Positions 29,302 through 40,067 are shown, counted from the stretch's first letter. The stretch is DNA of 64,000 nucleotides from Syntrophales bacterium (GCA_963662405.2 CAXXKT010000002.1:64001-128000); one strand, 5' to 3'. Made by a program: numbers and translations. The notes: generated by a model not told the origin, from the sequence alone.

Positions 29302-30621
29302 TTAAGCCATCACTATCTTGTCCCCCGCACCAGTGATTCCTTTTGTCGCATTTCGCGTATCGATTACGAGGCGGGAGTGCCTGACAATCTGTTCAAAATC
29401 GTAGGCCGAGTGGTCCGTGATGATGATAACCGCATCCGCCTCACCGAGGGTCTCCGGGTTGATGGGGATCGATTTCATACGAAAGTCATACTTGCGTGTC
29501 GGTCGGAGCTGTGAGATCCATGGGTCGTTATAGGATACCACGGCACCCCGCTCCAAAAGCATCTTCATCACCATATAACTCGGTGATTCCCTTTCATCAT
29601 CAACATCCTTCTTATACGCCACCCCCAAGACCATGATGTGGCTCCCATTCATGCTTTTCCTCTCCCGGTTCAGGGCCTCAACGGTCTTCTCGATGACATA
29701 CGAGGGCATGGAGACGTTGATCTCTCCTGCAAGATGGATAAAACGAGTCGTAAAATCGTATTCCTTGGCCTTCCAGGAAAGATAAAAGGGATCGATCGGT
29801 ATGCAGTGGCCGCCGAGACCGGGACCCGGGTAGAAGGCGGAATAGCCGAAAGGCTTGGTGGCGGCGGCATCAATAACCTCAAATATGTCAATCCCCATCT
29901 TGTGGGCGAGGACTTTGAGTTCGTTTACAAGTGCGATATTGACCGAACGGTACGTATTTTCAAGTATCTTGACTAATTCGGCGGCTCGGGCCGATGATAC
30001 CGGCACAGAGTGCGTGATGCTGTCATACAACTTCTGCGCGACTTCCCTGCAGGAAGGGGTGACTCCTCCCACGACCTTGGGTGTATTCGAGGCACTGAAG
30101 CTCTTGTTCCCGGGATCTTCCCTCTCCGGCGAGTAGGCAAGAAAGAAATCAGTGCCGACCGCCAATCCGCCTTCTTGCAGGCGGGGAAGGATCATCTCCT
30201 CGGTGGTGCCGGGATAAGTCGTGCTTTCCAGGACAACCAGTTGTCCCGCGTGGAGACGTGTCGCTATGGTTTCCGTTGTTTCGACCAGATACGTGAGATC
30301 AGGTTCCATCTTGTCGGTCAAGGGTGTCGGTACGCAAATGAGGATGCAGTCCGCTTCGCTGAGACGATCGAAATCAACCGTGGCATCAAAACATTTTTTC
30401 TCGATCATCTCCGTTACCGGCTCTATTGGGACATGTTTTATGTATGATTCCCCCTTAAGAAGTCTTTCTATCTTGTTAATATCTAGATCGAAACCGATAA
30501 CACGAAAACCTTTTTTCCCGAAGTGGATGGCAAGGGGGAGACCCACATATCCCAATCCGATAATCCCTACCGTTGCCGTCCGGTTTTCTATCATCTTGAC
30601 GAGTGCCGCTTTCCTGTCCAT
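29302..30621 (-). CDS. UDP-N-acetyl-hexosamine 6-dehydrogenase (WbpA-like nucleotide-sugar dehydrogenase)
   Basis: [38 protein letters not shown]. Confidence 0.9.
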   Translation of the reverse strand: MDRKAALVKMIENRTATVGIIGLGYVGLPLAIHFGKKGFRVIGFDLDINKIERLLKGESYIKHVPIEPVTEMIEKKCFDATVDFDRLSEADCILICVPTPLTDKMEPDLTYLVETTETIATRLHAGQLVVLESTTYPGTTEEMILPRLQEGGLAVGTDFFLAYSPEREDPGNKSFSASNTPKVVGGVTPSCREVAQKLYDSITHSVPVSSARAAELVKILENTYRSVNIALVNELKVLAHKMGIDIFEVIDAAATKPFGYSAFYPGPGLGGHCIPIDPFYLSWKAKEYDFTTRFIHLAGEINVSMPSYVIEKTVEALNRERKSMNGSHIMVLGVAYKKDVDDERESPSYMVMKMLLERGAVVSYNDPWISQLRPTRKYDFRMKSIPINPETLGEADAVIIITDHSAYDFEQIVRHSRLVIDTRNATKGITGAGDKIVMA

Positions 30622-30630
30622 CCATTCCCC

Positions 30631-31506
30631 CTATCCTATGCCGTTCAATTCTCTGAGTGCGCGTATCAGTGCCTGTGTTCCCAGTCTGCCGTGTCCCTGG
30701 CCCTTCACGGCGATATACAGCTGCCGAACCAACGAGAGACCGGGAAGTGCGAGATCGGATGCCGCCGCCTCTTCCAGGGCAATCCCCATATCCTTAATAA
30801 AATGTTCTACATAAAACCCGGGGGCGTAGTCCCCGCGTACAATCTTCGGTCCAAGATTGTTGATGAGCCAGGAGCTTGCAGCCCCCGTGCCGATGATCTC
30901 GATAACCGCCTCTTCGTCAAGTCCCTGCCTTGCCGCATAAAGAAGGCTTTCGCACACACCGATCATCGTTCCGGCGACAAGGATCTGATTGCACATTTTT
31001 GTATGCTGACCAGCACCGGGGCCTCCCATGAGAGACACTTTTTCCCCTATCAGTCCGAAGAGGGGAAGCACCTGCTCAAAGGCCGTCTTATCTCCCCCGA
31101 CCATGATGGCGAGGGAGGCCTCCTGGGCACCGAGATCACCGCCCGATACGGGGGCATCAAGACTGGCGATCCCCACCTCTGCGGCTTCCTCAGCGATCCT
31201 TACGGCCAAGCGAGGGCTGCTCGTGGTCATATCAACCACCGTGCGACAGGCGCCTCCGGCGGAAATGATCCCTCCCTCGCCGAGGTACACTTCCTCAACA
31301 TCCCGGGGATGGCCCACAATGGTGAAGACAAAATCCGTTTTACGGGCAACTTCGGCGGGCGTAGCACACCACTGCCCTCCCCTCTCAATAAGCCCTTGAG
31401 ACTTTTCTTTTGTCCGGTTGTAGAGAAAAAGATCGTGCCCGGCATCACGGATATGACCCGCCATTAAACTGCCCATGACGCCTGTACCTATCCATCCGAT
31501 TTTCAT
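30631..31506 (-). CDS. NAD(P)-dependent beta-hydroxyacid dehydrogenase (GarR/MmsB family)
   Basis: GWIGTGVMG, LDAPVSGG, KMCNQ, KDMGIAL. Confidence 0.88.
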   Translation of the reverse strand: MKIGWIGTGVMGSLMAGHIRDAGHDLFLYNRTKEKSQGLIERGGQWCATPAEVARKTDFVFTIVGHPRDVEEVYLGEGGIISAGGACRTVVDMTTSSPRLAVRIAEEAAEVGIASLDAPVSGGDLGAQEASLAIMVGGDKTAFEQVLPLFGLIGEKVSLMGGPGAGQHTKMCNQILVAGTMIGVCESLLYAARQGLDEEAVIEIIGTGAASSWLINNLGPKIVRGDYAPGFYVEHFIKDMGIALEEAAASDLALPGLSLVRQLYIAVKGQGHGRLGTQALIRALRELNGIG

Positions 31507-31641
31507 GGTATTACGTTCCTCTGATATGGGAAGTACCCGCTCTGAAATTGATCCCACCATGTATCAGATGCAGTAAAAAACATCAATCTATTTTAAGATC
31601 GTCTTGCTTTTGCTCGGGGTTTCGGCTACGCAACAACGGTT

Positions 31642-32994
31642 ATGAACAAAAGGATTCTCCTCATCAATCCCTGGATACATGATTTCGCGGCCTACGACCT
31701 CTGGGCGACGCCGCTGGGTCTCCTCTCGCTTGCCTCAACATTAAAGAGAAACGGGTATGAGACGACATTGATCGACTGTCTGCGTCCCCTGCACCCCTCC
31801 CTTTACCATCGAATGGGAATCCGCCTACCGAAGCGGTTTTCCAGCGGAAGGGGAAATTTTCTCAAAGAAGAGATCCCGAAACCGGAGACGTTGAAGGATA
31901 TTCCGAGGAGATACAGCCGTTACGGGATACCTCCCGCCCTTTTCGAGGGAAATCTTCGCGCCATACCGCGACCGGATGCCGTCTTTGTCACATCGATGAT
32001 GACCTACTGGTACCCGGGCGTGGTTGAGACGATATCGGCGGTCCGCCGTGTTCTTCACGATATCCCCGTCGTCCTGGGAGGAATCTATGCCAGCCTCTGC
32101 ACCACGCATGCCGAGCGGCATTCCGGCGCGGATATCGTCATTGCAGGAGAAGGTGAAACGTATCTCCCTCAAATACTGCACGATATTTTCAACGACGCAC
32201 CTCTCTTTGTCCCGGACAGGGGTGATCTTGAGTCATACCCCTTCCCCGCCTTTGAACTCCTGCCCGCAAGAGGACATGTCTCCATCATAACATCAAGGGG
32301 GTGCCCTTTCAGATGCACCTACTGTGCTACCCATGCATTGAATGGGGATTTCAGGGTCAGGGCTCCCTTGGCGGTCGTCGATGAGATTACCTTCTGGAAA
32401 AACAAATTCGGGATCACCAACTTTTCCTTTTACGATGACGCCCTCCTCGTTGGATCAAAGGAACGCGCCGTTCCGATGTTGGAAGAGATTTTGGACAGAG
32501 GTCTTTCTTGTAGCTTCCACTGTCCCAACGGTCTCCACCTCAGAGAGATGGACGGACAGCTGGCATCTCTGATGCTCAGGGCGGGCTTCAAAACAATCCG
32601 TTTCGGATTCGAGACGGCACGAACCAGCCGCCAAATCGCAACAGGGGGTAAGATAACCAATGAGGAGACAAAGGATGCAGTCGCTGCTCTATTAGAAGCG
32701 GGTTACAATGGACACGATATCGGGCTGTACATCTTGTGCGGACTTCCGGGGCAGGACCCTGACGAGATACGTGAGAGCATCTCCTTTGCCCGATCATGCG
32801 GGGGCAAGCCCGTGATTACGGAATTCTCGCCCATACCGGGGACGCCGATATGGAAAGAGGCGGTGGAGACATCCCCCTACGATATAGAGAACGAACCCCT
32901 CTATCACAACAACACCCTCCTCCCCTGTCGCGGGAAGGACTTCTCTTATGGCATGTATGAGGAATTGAAAAATCTTACGAGGGGATCGAACTGA
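31642..32994 (+). CDS. B12-binding-domain radical SAM protein
   Basis: ILLINPW, VVLGGIYASL, SRGCPFRCTYC (CxxxCxxC). Confidence 0.88.
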   Translation: MNKRILLINPWIHDFAAYDLWATPLGLLSLASTLKRNGYETTLIDCLRPLHPSLYHRMGIRLPKRFSSGRGNFLKEEIPKPETLKDIPRRYSRYGIPPALFEGNLRAIPRPDAVFVTSMMTYWYPGVVETISAVRRVLHDIPVVLGGIYASLCTTHAERHSGADIVIAGEGETYLPQILHDIFNDAPLFVPDRGDLESYPFPAFELLPARGHVSIITSRGCPFRCTYCATHALNGDFRVRAPLAVVDEITFWKNKFGITNFSFYDDALLVGSKERAVPMLEEILDRGLSCSFHCPNGLHLREMDGQLASLMLRAGFKTIRFGFETARTSRQIATGGKITNEETKDAVAALLEAGYNGHDIGLYILCGLPGQDPDEIRESISFARSCGGKPVITEFSPIPGTPIWKEAVETSPYDIENEPLYHNNTLLPCRGKDFSYGMYEELKNLTRGSN

Positions 32995-33031
32995 TATCCT
33001 TCTCACTTTTCCCATGCATCGTCGGTTACTG

Positions 33032-34168
33032 TCAAAGCATTTCAAGATAGGCCTCAATACGCACCCGGAGTTGCTCGGTATCGCTTTCCGCATAATCGGT
33101 TTCGAGATGGAGGGTGGGAAGATCGGTCTTCTCCTGGACAAACTCGGCTATCTGATAGGCCTCCACATTATAGGTATGACAGGCCTGCCACGTCAGATCA
33201 ATAACGCCGTCGACCGAGAACTCCCGGATCATCTCGTACAACAGATCGAGACGACCGGTGTTGGGGGTCATCACCGAACAGGGTGTTGAGAGATACTGGT
33301 CCGCCAGGGCATCCATGGGATCATTCTCTTCATTTACGGAAAAGGTCTGCTTATAGCCGGAGCAATTTTCGAAGGTGACAACATCCGCCCCGGCCTGTTC
33401 CACTATCTTCACGACCTTGTCGCTCCCGATTCCGACGGGGACGCCGCTCAGGAGAATACGCTTGCGCGCCACCGGTGTATCTTTCCTCTCGAAGGAAGCG
33501 TTTTTGATATCGGCCGTTATTGTCTCCATGAGATGGATCCCCTTCTCCTTGTCCGCGAGAAAACCCACTCTGAAGAGAATTTCGAGGAGGAGAGACCCAC
33601 TCATCAACGCAGGAGTGGCTTTGTTCAGATCCATGAGAACTTTTTTTGCCCTCCGCTCCCGATTCATGAGGTGAATGGCGTCACGCAAACGTGTCTCGGT
33701 AATTTCAATTCCGGTCACGGTCTCGACAACCCCCTTGAAACGCACGAGCTCTCTGCGCCAAGGCTCCAGGGCCGTTGCATGATCCTGACACTGGGGAAGT
33801 TGGAGGACATGGGTCGGTTTGTAACGTGCGAGTAACTCAAACATCTTCTTTTTTCCGTCACAGGTTGTGTCTCCTATGACTATGTCGGAAAACCAGAAGT
33901 AAGGGCAGGTATCAGTCAAGGCAGAACCGAAACTGCTCTTAATTAAGTGACAGAGGTTCCGCGGCAATATCTCCTCTGCTGCCGCGATCGGATCATTCCT
34001 TGTCCCGCACAGTGAAAACGGCATTGCCCCGGCTGCCACGGCAATCTCACGCGGTGAATACAGACAGTAAAAACCAATGGCCGCACGACCATCGGCCTTT
34101 GCCTGCCGTATGTCGTCCAGATTCTCTTCACTAACGCGCTGAATTCTTTCGATTATAGCATGTATCAT
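33032..34168 (-). CDS. Double-cubane cluster protein / 2-hydroxyacyl-CoA dehydratase-like reductase, short (YjiM-like) form
   Basis: FYCLYSP, LCGT, LPRNLC, TCPY, TTCDGKKK, ENCSG, PCSVMTPN, ACHTY, LETDY. Confidence 0.85.
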   Translation of the reverse strand: MIHAIIERIQRVSEENLDDIRQAKADGRAAIGFYCLYSPREIAVAAGAMPFSLCGTRNDPIAAAEEILPRNLCHLIKSSFGSALTDTCPYFWFSDIVIGDTTCDGKKKMFELLARYKPTHVLQLPQCQDHATALEPWRRELVRFKGVVETVTGIEITETRLRDAIHLMNRERRAKKVLMDLNKATPALMSGSLLLEILFRVGFLADKEKGIHLMETITADIKNASFERKDTPVARKRILLSGVPVGIGSDKVVKIVEQAGADVVTFENCSGYKQTFSVNEENDPMDALADQYLSTPCSVMTPNTGRLDLLYEMIREFSVDGVIDLTWQACHTYNVEAYQIAEFVQEKTDLPTLHLETDYAESDTEQLRVRIEAYLEML

Positions 34169-34177
34169 GACACCCTT

Positions 34178-34822
34178 TCAATTGCTGGTTGATGAATTTG
34201 TATATGTATCGGCACTTGTATTGCTGGTTCCTCCGGTCGTTTCGCCACGTATCAACTGTTTCATCCCCTTGAGTGCGGTGATGGTCTTTTCCGGTTTCAG
34301 AAGATATCCGTCAGTCAATTCGAGACCTGCCATACCACCGCCAATCATCTCGAAGAATATCCGCTGCGCGCCAATGGAAAAATCTCGGTATCCGGGACTG
34401 TATCGCCGTGTCGCGCACAGTCCACGAGATTTGCAGTCATTGGTGATCCGCTTATCCATTTTTTTGATCACGTCTTCAATCAAAAAACTCCCTATCCTGT
34501 CCAAGATAAACCCGCGGAAAGTCTGGTGCTGTTTCAGGTACTCCCGCGAGCGTCTCTCCAAGTCCCCTCCCAGTGAGGTAGCAAAAAGCCATACCTGTCG
34601 AGTATCCGACAGGAGGCGTACGAGTGTCTTGCTTTCTTTGGCATACGGATCAAATTGGGCATAGAACTCTTCAATATATAATCTTTTTTCCCATGTTGTC
34701 ACCGAAATGAGCGTAAGGGCTTCCCGCCAGAGTTTCTCTGCCTCTTCACGCGTCCGGGAATTTTCCTCCACCTGCAGGTATCGCGAGACGTGTCTGTCAA
34801 ATATGAGATGTTTTTTCTCCAA
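34178..34822 (-). CDS. Stand-alone B12-dependent methionine synthase activation-domain-like protein
   Basis: FATSLG, ILDRIGS, RRYSPGYRDF, LKPEKTITA; TTG start. Confidence 0.75.
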   Translation of the reverse strand: MEKKHLIFDRHVSRYLQVEENSRTREEAEKLWREALTLISVTTWEKRLYIEEFYAQFDPYAKESKTLVRLLSDTRQVWLFATSLGGDLERRSREYLKQHQTFRGFILDRIGSFLIEDVIKKMDKRITNDCKSRGLCATRRYSPGYRDFSIGAQRIFFEMIGGGMAGLELTDGYLLKPEKTITALKGMKQLIRGETTGGTSNTSADTYTNSSTSN

Positions 34823-34831
34823 GGAAGCACC

Positions 34832-36439
34832 TCATCGGGGGTAAGCGGACCGGAGCAAGGCCTTCTGCACCAATCTCAAGGCCGCAATGGCATCTCTGCC
34901 ATACCCCTGGGCACGTATATCCGTTGCGATGTGCTGGTTGGCGGCAGCACCACCGATAAAGACGGAAACATCCTCAAACCCGGATGATCGTAATTGTTCA
35001 ATTACTTCCGCCAGCTGCCTTCGGGCGGAGGTAATAAATGCCGATAGGCAGACCACGGATACCTGTTGAGAGGCAACCACTTCCAAAAATTGCTCCGCGC
35101 TGACATCGACCCCCATGTCTACGACATTGATATTATGAGACTCTAATATAATTCTTACCAGGTCTTTCCCGATTTCATGAAAGTCACCCCTGACCGTGCC
35201 AAGGGCGACTTGCGGCGATGAGGACTCTTTTGGAGCGGCGACGCAGGTCTCCAAGGCCTTGAAACCGCTATAGAACGCATCCGTAACCATCAGCATTTCA
35301 GGAAGGTAACAGAGCTTGGACTCATACCTTCCGCTCGCCTTGCGGACCGCCCGCATGAGTCCCGCATTGACCAGAATAAGTGGATCGGCTCCTTTTTGAA
35401 GGGCATGATCGACCAATTCCGGGACCCGTTTCTCCTGTCCCGTGTGGACTTCCTCACCCAACATCCGGAGCACACCCGCATGGAATCCTATCTCGGTGAG
35501 GCAACGCCGTCCCGATTCCACAAAATCGACTATATTCTCAATCGGCGTTGCGGGAGGAAGAGCACAGCCGGTACTCAGTGTAAAGTTTGTTCGGACTCCC
35601 GCAGTTTCGACAAGATCCTTGACGGCTGCAGTCACCCTTTGAGATGAACCCATCTCAACTATCTCCGGGTCCACATTTCCGATGATCTGGACTGACTCAG
35701 GGAACAAATCTTCAACAACCAAGAGGTTCATGCACTGGTCAAGACTGATTCCGTCCGCACCGGTCGCTATCATCTGATCGATAACCGGCGTCGTATCACC
35801 GCATACGTGGAGAAATTTCGCCACGGAAGGAGAGGTGTCAAAAACCGCGCGAAGGAATTCTCCTGCAAAACGCTCAAAATCATCGGGGGGCAGGAGAGAA
35901 GCCAGCGGATCCGATATCCAGAGCAGATTCGCACCCGAATCCAAGAGATAGCGGCTATATTCCTGTGCAGAGCAGGTTATCCGTACAAGGAGATCGCGGA
36001 TTTCTTCCGGTCGCGCAATTACGCCGCGGAGGATCTCTTTTTCTCCTATCAGCTGGCCTGCCACGGTAAACGGCCCATGCGTGAGGGCGGCTATATGTTT
36101 GTGGGGGAACACCCTGTTCATATAACGAACAACTTCACCATTGATGCGCATTCTTTCAACATCGTTCGGTCTTTTGGGTGATGCAATACACCGGGCAGGC
36201 TCCGCGACGGAGGGCATTGCATCGGGACAGTAGCTCACCCGGGCTCCCAGCACCTCCGCTTGAATCGTGACATCACCGAAAAAAAACAGGAGGTCCGCAT
36301 CAATCCGCTCATAATACCGTAAAACCGCCTCGCTCTTGATCGCTGCATCCCAGCTGATGCGATCAATACCCTCCGATACACATTGGGCTGATGGCAGGGC
36401 ATTGATGGGAAACACCCAATCGTGAAACCTGTTTTTCAT
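34832..36439 (-). CDS. MtaA/CmuA-type (URO-D fold) methyltransferase fused to a cobalamin-binding module
   Basis: GPFTVA, HVCG and STGC Zn-ligand motifs, GNVDP; C-terminal helical cap plus GDFHEIGK (DxHxxG), LSAFIT, IGGA. Confidence 0.85.
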   Translation of the reverse strand: MKNRFHDWVFPINALPSAQCVSEGIDRISWDAAIKSEAVLRYYERIDADLLFFFGDVTIQAEVLGARVSYCPDAMPSVAEPARCIASPKRPNDVERMRINGEVVRYMNRVFPHKHIAALTHGPFTVAGQLIGEKEILRGVIARPEEIRDLLVRITCSAQEYSRYLLDSGANLLWISDPLASLLPPDDFERFAGEFLRAVFDTSPSVAKFLHVCGDTTPVIDQMIATGADGISLDQCMNLLVVEDLFPESVQIIGNVDPEIVEMGSSQRVTAAVKDLVETAGVRTNFTLSTGCALPPATPIENIVDFVESGRRCLTEIGFHAGVLRMLGEEVHTGQEKRVPELVDHALQKGADPLILVNAGLMRAVRKASGRYESKLCYLPEMLMVTDAFYSGFKALETCVAAPKESSSPQVALGTVRGDFHEIGKDLVRIILESHNINVVDMGVDVSAEQFLEVVASQQVSVVCLSAFITSARRQLAEVIEQLRSSGFEDVSVFIGGAAANQHIATDIRAQGYGRDAIAALRLVQKALLRSAYPR

Positions 36440-36454
36440 GAATCGACCCCCTTC

Positions 36455-37186
36455 TCAGCTGAGCGTTCGAGTTATCAGGAGTAGTGCCAGGATAAAAAGA
36501 AAGCCGTTGGCGATCCCTTTGAATCTTCCGTCTGACACATTTTGACACACCATTGCACCGCACCACACCCCCAGTAAAACAAAAGGGGCCATGCAGATAT
36601 TCAGACGGAGGAGAGTCCAGGAAAAGAGTCCCATTGCCTGATACGCCAGGAGCAGGCATAAATTGGCAATAAGGAAAAATGCTTGCAGATCCGCCTTAAA
36701 CCCATAGCGATCTGAATGGATTACCGTGTTCAAGACGATCACCGGCGGACCGGGCATATAGACGGCACCCCCCAATATACCGGAGAGTCCCCCCGCCGTA
36801 ACGCCCCACCCCCAATGGACCCGTCGTTTCTGCAGGATTGAACTCCCTTTTGTGATGGACCACAGGGCGAATCCACAGAGGGTAACCCCGATAATAAGCT
36901 TGAGCACCGCATCCGGGAATCGGGACAGGGCAGCCAGCCCCAGAGAGACACTCGGGACAAATCCCCCAAGCTGCGGCCAGATCCGACGGAGTCGGATGTG
37001 TGAACGCAACTGTATGAGCAGAATGATGTTGATCATCACGGTATACACGAACAAAAGAGGGATAATCTGCCGGATAGGCCATATAAATGACAACAACGGG
37101 ATGGCCACCATGGTAAAGCCAAAACCAAAGAGCCCCATCAGGATACTGGCAAGAAAAAGAGTAATGATCACAACCGCAAGATCCAT
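36455..37186 (-). CDS. TauE/SafE-family (sulfite exporter-like) membrane protein
   Basis: GLFGFG, GILGG...GPP, about eight hydrophobic segments. Confidence 0.8.
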   Translation of the reverse strand: MDLAVVIITLFLASILMGLFGFGFTMVAIPLLSFIWPIRQIIPLLFVYTVMINIILLIQLRSHIRLRRIWPQLGGFVPSVSLGLAALSRFPDAVLKLIIGVTLCGFALWSITKGSSILQKRRVHWGWGVTAGGLSGILGGAVYMPGPPVIVLNTVIHSDRYGFKADLQAFFLIANLCLLLAYQAMGLFSWTLLRLNICMAPFVLLGVWCGAMVCQNVSDGRFKGIANGFLFILALLLITRTLS

Positions 37187-37933
37187 TCAGCTCACGCCCT
37201 CCAGAAGCACATGGATCCGATCGCACAGCTCCAGAAAAGCCGGGGAGTTCTTCTCACGCGGTCGCGGTAGTGTACACTCCAGTATCGCCTGGATACGGCC
37301 GGGCAGTCCCTGCATAACCACCACCCGATCGGCAAGCAGAACCGCCTCCGTGATATCGTGAGTTACGAAGATAATCGTTTTCCGGTCAGTCTTCCATACA
37401 CGCACCAACTCCTGCTGCAGCGCAAAACGGGTCTGGGCATCCAGGGCACCAAAGGGTTCGTCCATGAGCAGCACCTCGGGTCTGGCGGCCAAGGCACGGG
37501 CCACAGCAACCCTCTGTTGCATACCGCCGGATAATTCTGCGGGGTAAGTATCCTCATGATCGGCAAGTCCCACCAGTGAGAGATAATACCGGGCCTTTTT
37601 TTTCCGTTCGGCTTTTCCAATCCCCTGTACCTCCAGGCCAAAGGCCACATTCGCCAGTGCTGTACGCCACGGGAAAAGCGTGTAACGCTGGAATACCACA
37701 CACCGGTCCGACGATGGTCCGTTAACCGGCCGTCCGTGGAGCGTGATACGGCCGGCAGTAGCCTTCTCCAGACCGGCAATAAGGCGCAAAGCGGTGGTCT
37801 TACCGCAACCGGAACGTCCGACGATGCAGACGAACTCGTTTTCCCCGATAGTCATCGAGATGCCGCCCACAGCCTGGATATCATGACCGTTGGTGGTTGA
37901 ATAGACCTTTGTAACATTGTCCAGTTCGAGCAT
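37187..37933 (-). CDS. ABC transporter ATPase, SsuB/TauB/NrtD-like
   Basis: GRSGCGKTT, LFPWRT, LSGGMQQR, MDEPFGALD, VTHD. Confidence 0.92.
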   Translation of the reverse strand: MLELDNVTKVYSTTNGHDIQAVGGISMTIGENEFVCIVGRSGCGKTTALRLIAGLEKATAGRITLHGRPVNGPSSDRCVVFQRYTLFPWRTALANVAFGLEVQGIGKAERKKKARYYLSLVGLADHEDTYPAELSGGMQQRVAVARALAARPEVLLMDEPFGALDAQTRFALQQELVRVWKTDRKTIIFVTHDITEAVLLADRVVVMQGLPGRIQAILECTLPRPREKNSPAFLELCDRIHVLLEGVS

Positions 37934-37936
37934 ACG

Positions 37937-38770
37937 TTATCCCATTCTTCTCCAAGTCAATTGCGTCTCCAGTCGGCGAAATCCATGATCCATGGCAAAA
38001 CCGATAATGCCGATGGTCACCATCCCGGCGACGATGATGTCGGCACGCATGAGCTCGTACGCGTACCAGATCAGATACCCAAGACCGGAACTGCTGCCCG
38101 GCATCATTTCAGCCGCAACCAGGCACATCCACCCGATACCCAAGCCGACACGAAGACCGGTAACCACCAGGGGCAGGCTGGAAGGGATAAGGACCTTCAT
38201 CAGCAGTGACCATCTGCGAGCTCCCAAGGTACGTGCCGACTCGATGTACTCTGGCGGAATCTGCTGCACCCCTTGGATCGTATTGAGGAGAATCGGGAAG
38301 AAGGCCCCGATGAAGATGATGATCAGGGTGGAAAACTGAATCCCGGACCAGATCGGGCTGGTAATCAAGAAAGGAAACCAGTCCGCGATGCTGTGGATAC
38401 CCAGCCAGGCAAGGATCAGCGGTACCCAGGCCAGGGGGGGGATAGGCCGTATTATCTCAATCGTGGAGCCCATGAACTGATTGAACGGTCTGTAATACCC
38501 CATGGCCAACCCCATGGGTACCGCGGTGATCACGGCCAGCGAAAAACCGAGCACGACTCGGATAAGACTGACAGCCATATTTTCAAAGAGACTGCCGGTA
38601 ATGAGAATCTTTGTTGCGGGATGCAGAAGGAGCACCGCCACGTCATCGAGCCGGGGAAGAATCGTCTGTTTGTTCAGCCATAGCGCCAATATCTGCCACA
38701 AGGCCGCCAGCGCCAGTGGAAGCAAGACGTGATTCGAGTGACGGAGGATGCGTTGTCTCAAGTTAATCAA
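37937..38770 (-). CDS. ABC transporter permease, SsuC/TauC/NrtB-like
   Basis: RPIPPLAWVP, ESARTLGA, WMCLVAAE. Confidence 0.9.
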   Translation of the reverse strand: MINLRQRILRHSNHVLLPLALAALWQILALWLNKQTILPRLDDVAVLLLHPATKILITGSLFENMAVSLIRVVLGFSLAVITAVPMGLAMGYYRPFNQFMGSTIEIIRPIPPLAWVPLILAWLGIHSIADWFPFLITSPIWSGIQFSTLIIIFIGAFFPILLNTIQGVQQIPPEYIESARTLGARRWSLLMKVLIPSSLPLVVTGLRVGLGIGWMCLVAAEMMPGSSSGLGYLIWYAYELMRADIIVAGMVTIGIIGFAMDHGFRRLETQLTWRRMG

Positions 38771-39942
38771 AGAATAATACCCCTTGCCTCCAGTTGCTTG
38801 CGGGCTTTTTTCATCAATCCGAAATCAAAGCTTTTCTCCTCCATGGTCTCCCCGTGGAGGCCCTTCAGCTTCCCTTCGAATATCCCCATCTTGTCCATGG
38901 TCTGTGCAAACACATCCACACTCTGCCGCCATGTCTCGCTGGGAATCGTGGTGTAACTCATACTTTGCATGGCCACCGTCTCCACCGATACCGGTACCCC
39001 CAACCAGGACGAACAAGCCTGTGCGGTAAGATCCTTGCGTGTGTTGCTCATCTTGACCCCCAGTGCCATAAGGGAAAGGACCCGAACGACCAGTTCGGGA
39101 TCACGGGCCATGAAGGATCCGGTCGCCTCAAGCGAACAACAGGCATGTCCCTGCCAGCGGCTGAGCGGCGGCACATCCTGCAGATTCAGGATCAATCGCC
39201 CTACACCCCGGTCAATGGTGACGGCGGGGAAAGGCTGAGCACCGATAATCGCTTCGGTAATGCCGTTGCTGAGAGCAGCCACGAGGTTGCCGTGCCCCTT
39301 CATATTGATAAAAAGAATATCGGCCTTCCTGTTCGATGAATCCTCGGTATAGGAAATCCCCTCATGATCCAGCGCCGAGCGGAAGATGATGGCAGATACC
39401 GTGTGAGGCCCCGGCATGCCGATCTTGAATTGCCGCCCCTGGTTTTTCACAGAGGATACGAAGGATTCCCAGTCTTGTATGGGTTGCTCCTTATTGACGA
39501 CGAAGACATTTCCGGCGGTCTGGAGGGGAGAAATGATCTTCGTGTCGACTCCTTTATCTACCGACATCAGAATGGCCTGCGTACCGCTGATGGCCATATC
39601 GACACTCCCCTGTGCCACCAATTTTTCCACATCAGACCCCTTTTTCGCGGGGACCATCTGTACGCGTGCAAGGACGCTTCCGTTGTCGCAAAGCTCATAA
39701 AACTTGGTATCGGTGAGCGGTTTCAACCACATCTTGTACTCCTGTTCAAAAAGCTCACCGTGCATGCCGGCAACCATGAGAGGAGCATGGTGGTCGGAGA
39801 GAATGTAGCCCAGACGAATAGTGGGGACGCTGGACCATGCCCTCTTGGCATTGAACAGGCCAACTCCCAAGGGGGTGGCCGCTGCACCCACGGCGATTGA
39901 TCCGGCGGTCTTTATAAAACTCCGACGCGTGATTTTTTTCAT
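38767..39942 (-). CDS. ABC substrate-binding protein, SsuA/NrtA-like, with Tat signal
   Basis: MKKITRRSFIK twin-arginine motif; GYILSDHHAP; QPFP; HACC. Confidence 0.85.
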   Translation of the reverse strand: MKKITRRSFIKTAGSIAVGAAATPLGVGLFNAKRAWSSVPTIRLGYILSDHHAPLMVAGMHGELFEQEYKMWLKPLTDTKFYELCDNGSVLARVQMVPAKKGSDVEKLVAQGSVDMAISGTQAILMSVDKGVDTKIISPLQTAGNVFVVNKEQPIQDWESFVSSVKNQGRQFKIGMPGPHTVSAIIFRSALDHEGISYTEDSSNRKADILFINMKGHGNLVAALSNGITEAIIGAQPFPAVTIDRGVGRLILNLQDVPPLSRWQGHACCSLEATGSFMARDPELVVRVLSLMALGVKMSNTRKDLTAQACSSWLGVPVSVETVAMQSMSYTTIPSETWRQSVDVFAQTMDKMGIFEGKLKGLHGETMEEKSFDFGLMKKARKQLEARGIIL

Positions 39943-40067
39943 TGGGCAACTCCTTTCTGAATCTTTTTGCTCTTTATAGCGTATTCGGAATACGAATGAA
40001 TCATGGGACATACATATGGGAGTGGACTGACCATCAGTTCAAACAAATCAATAATGAGGTATGATGC

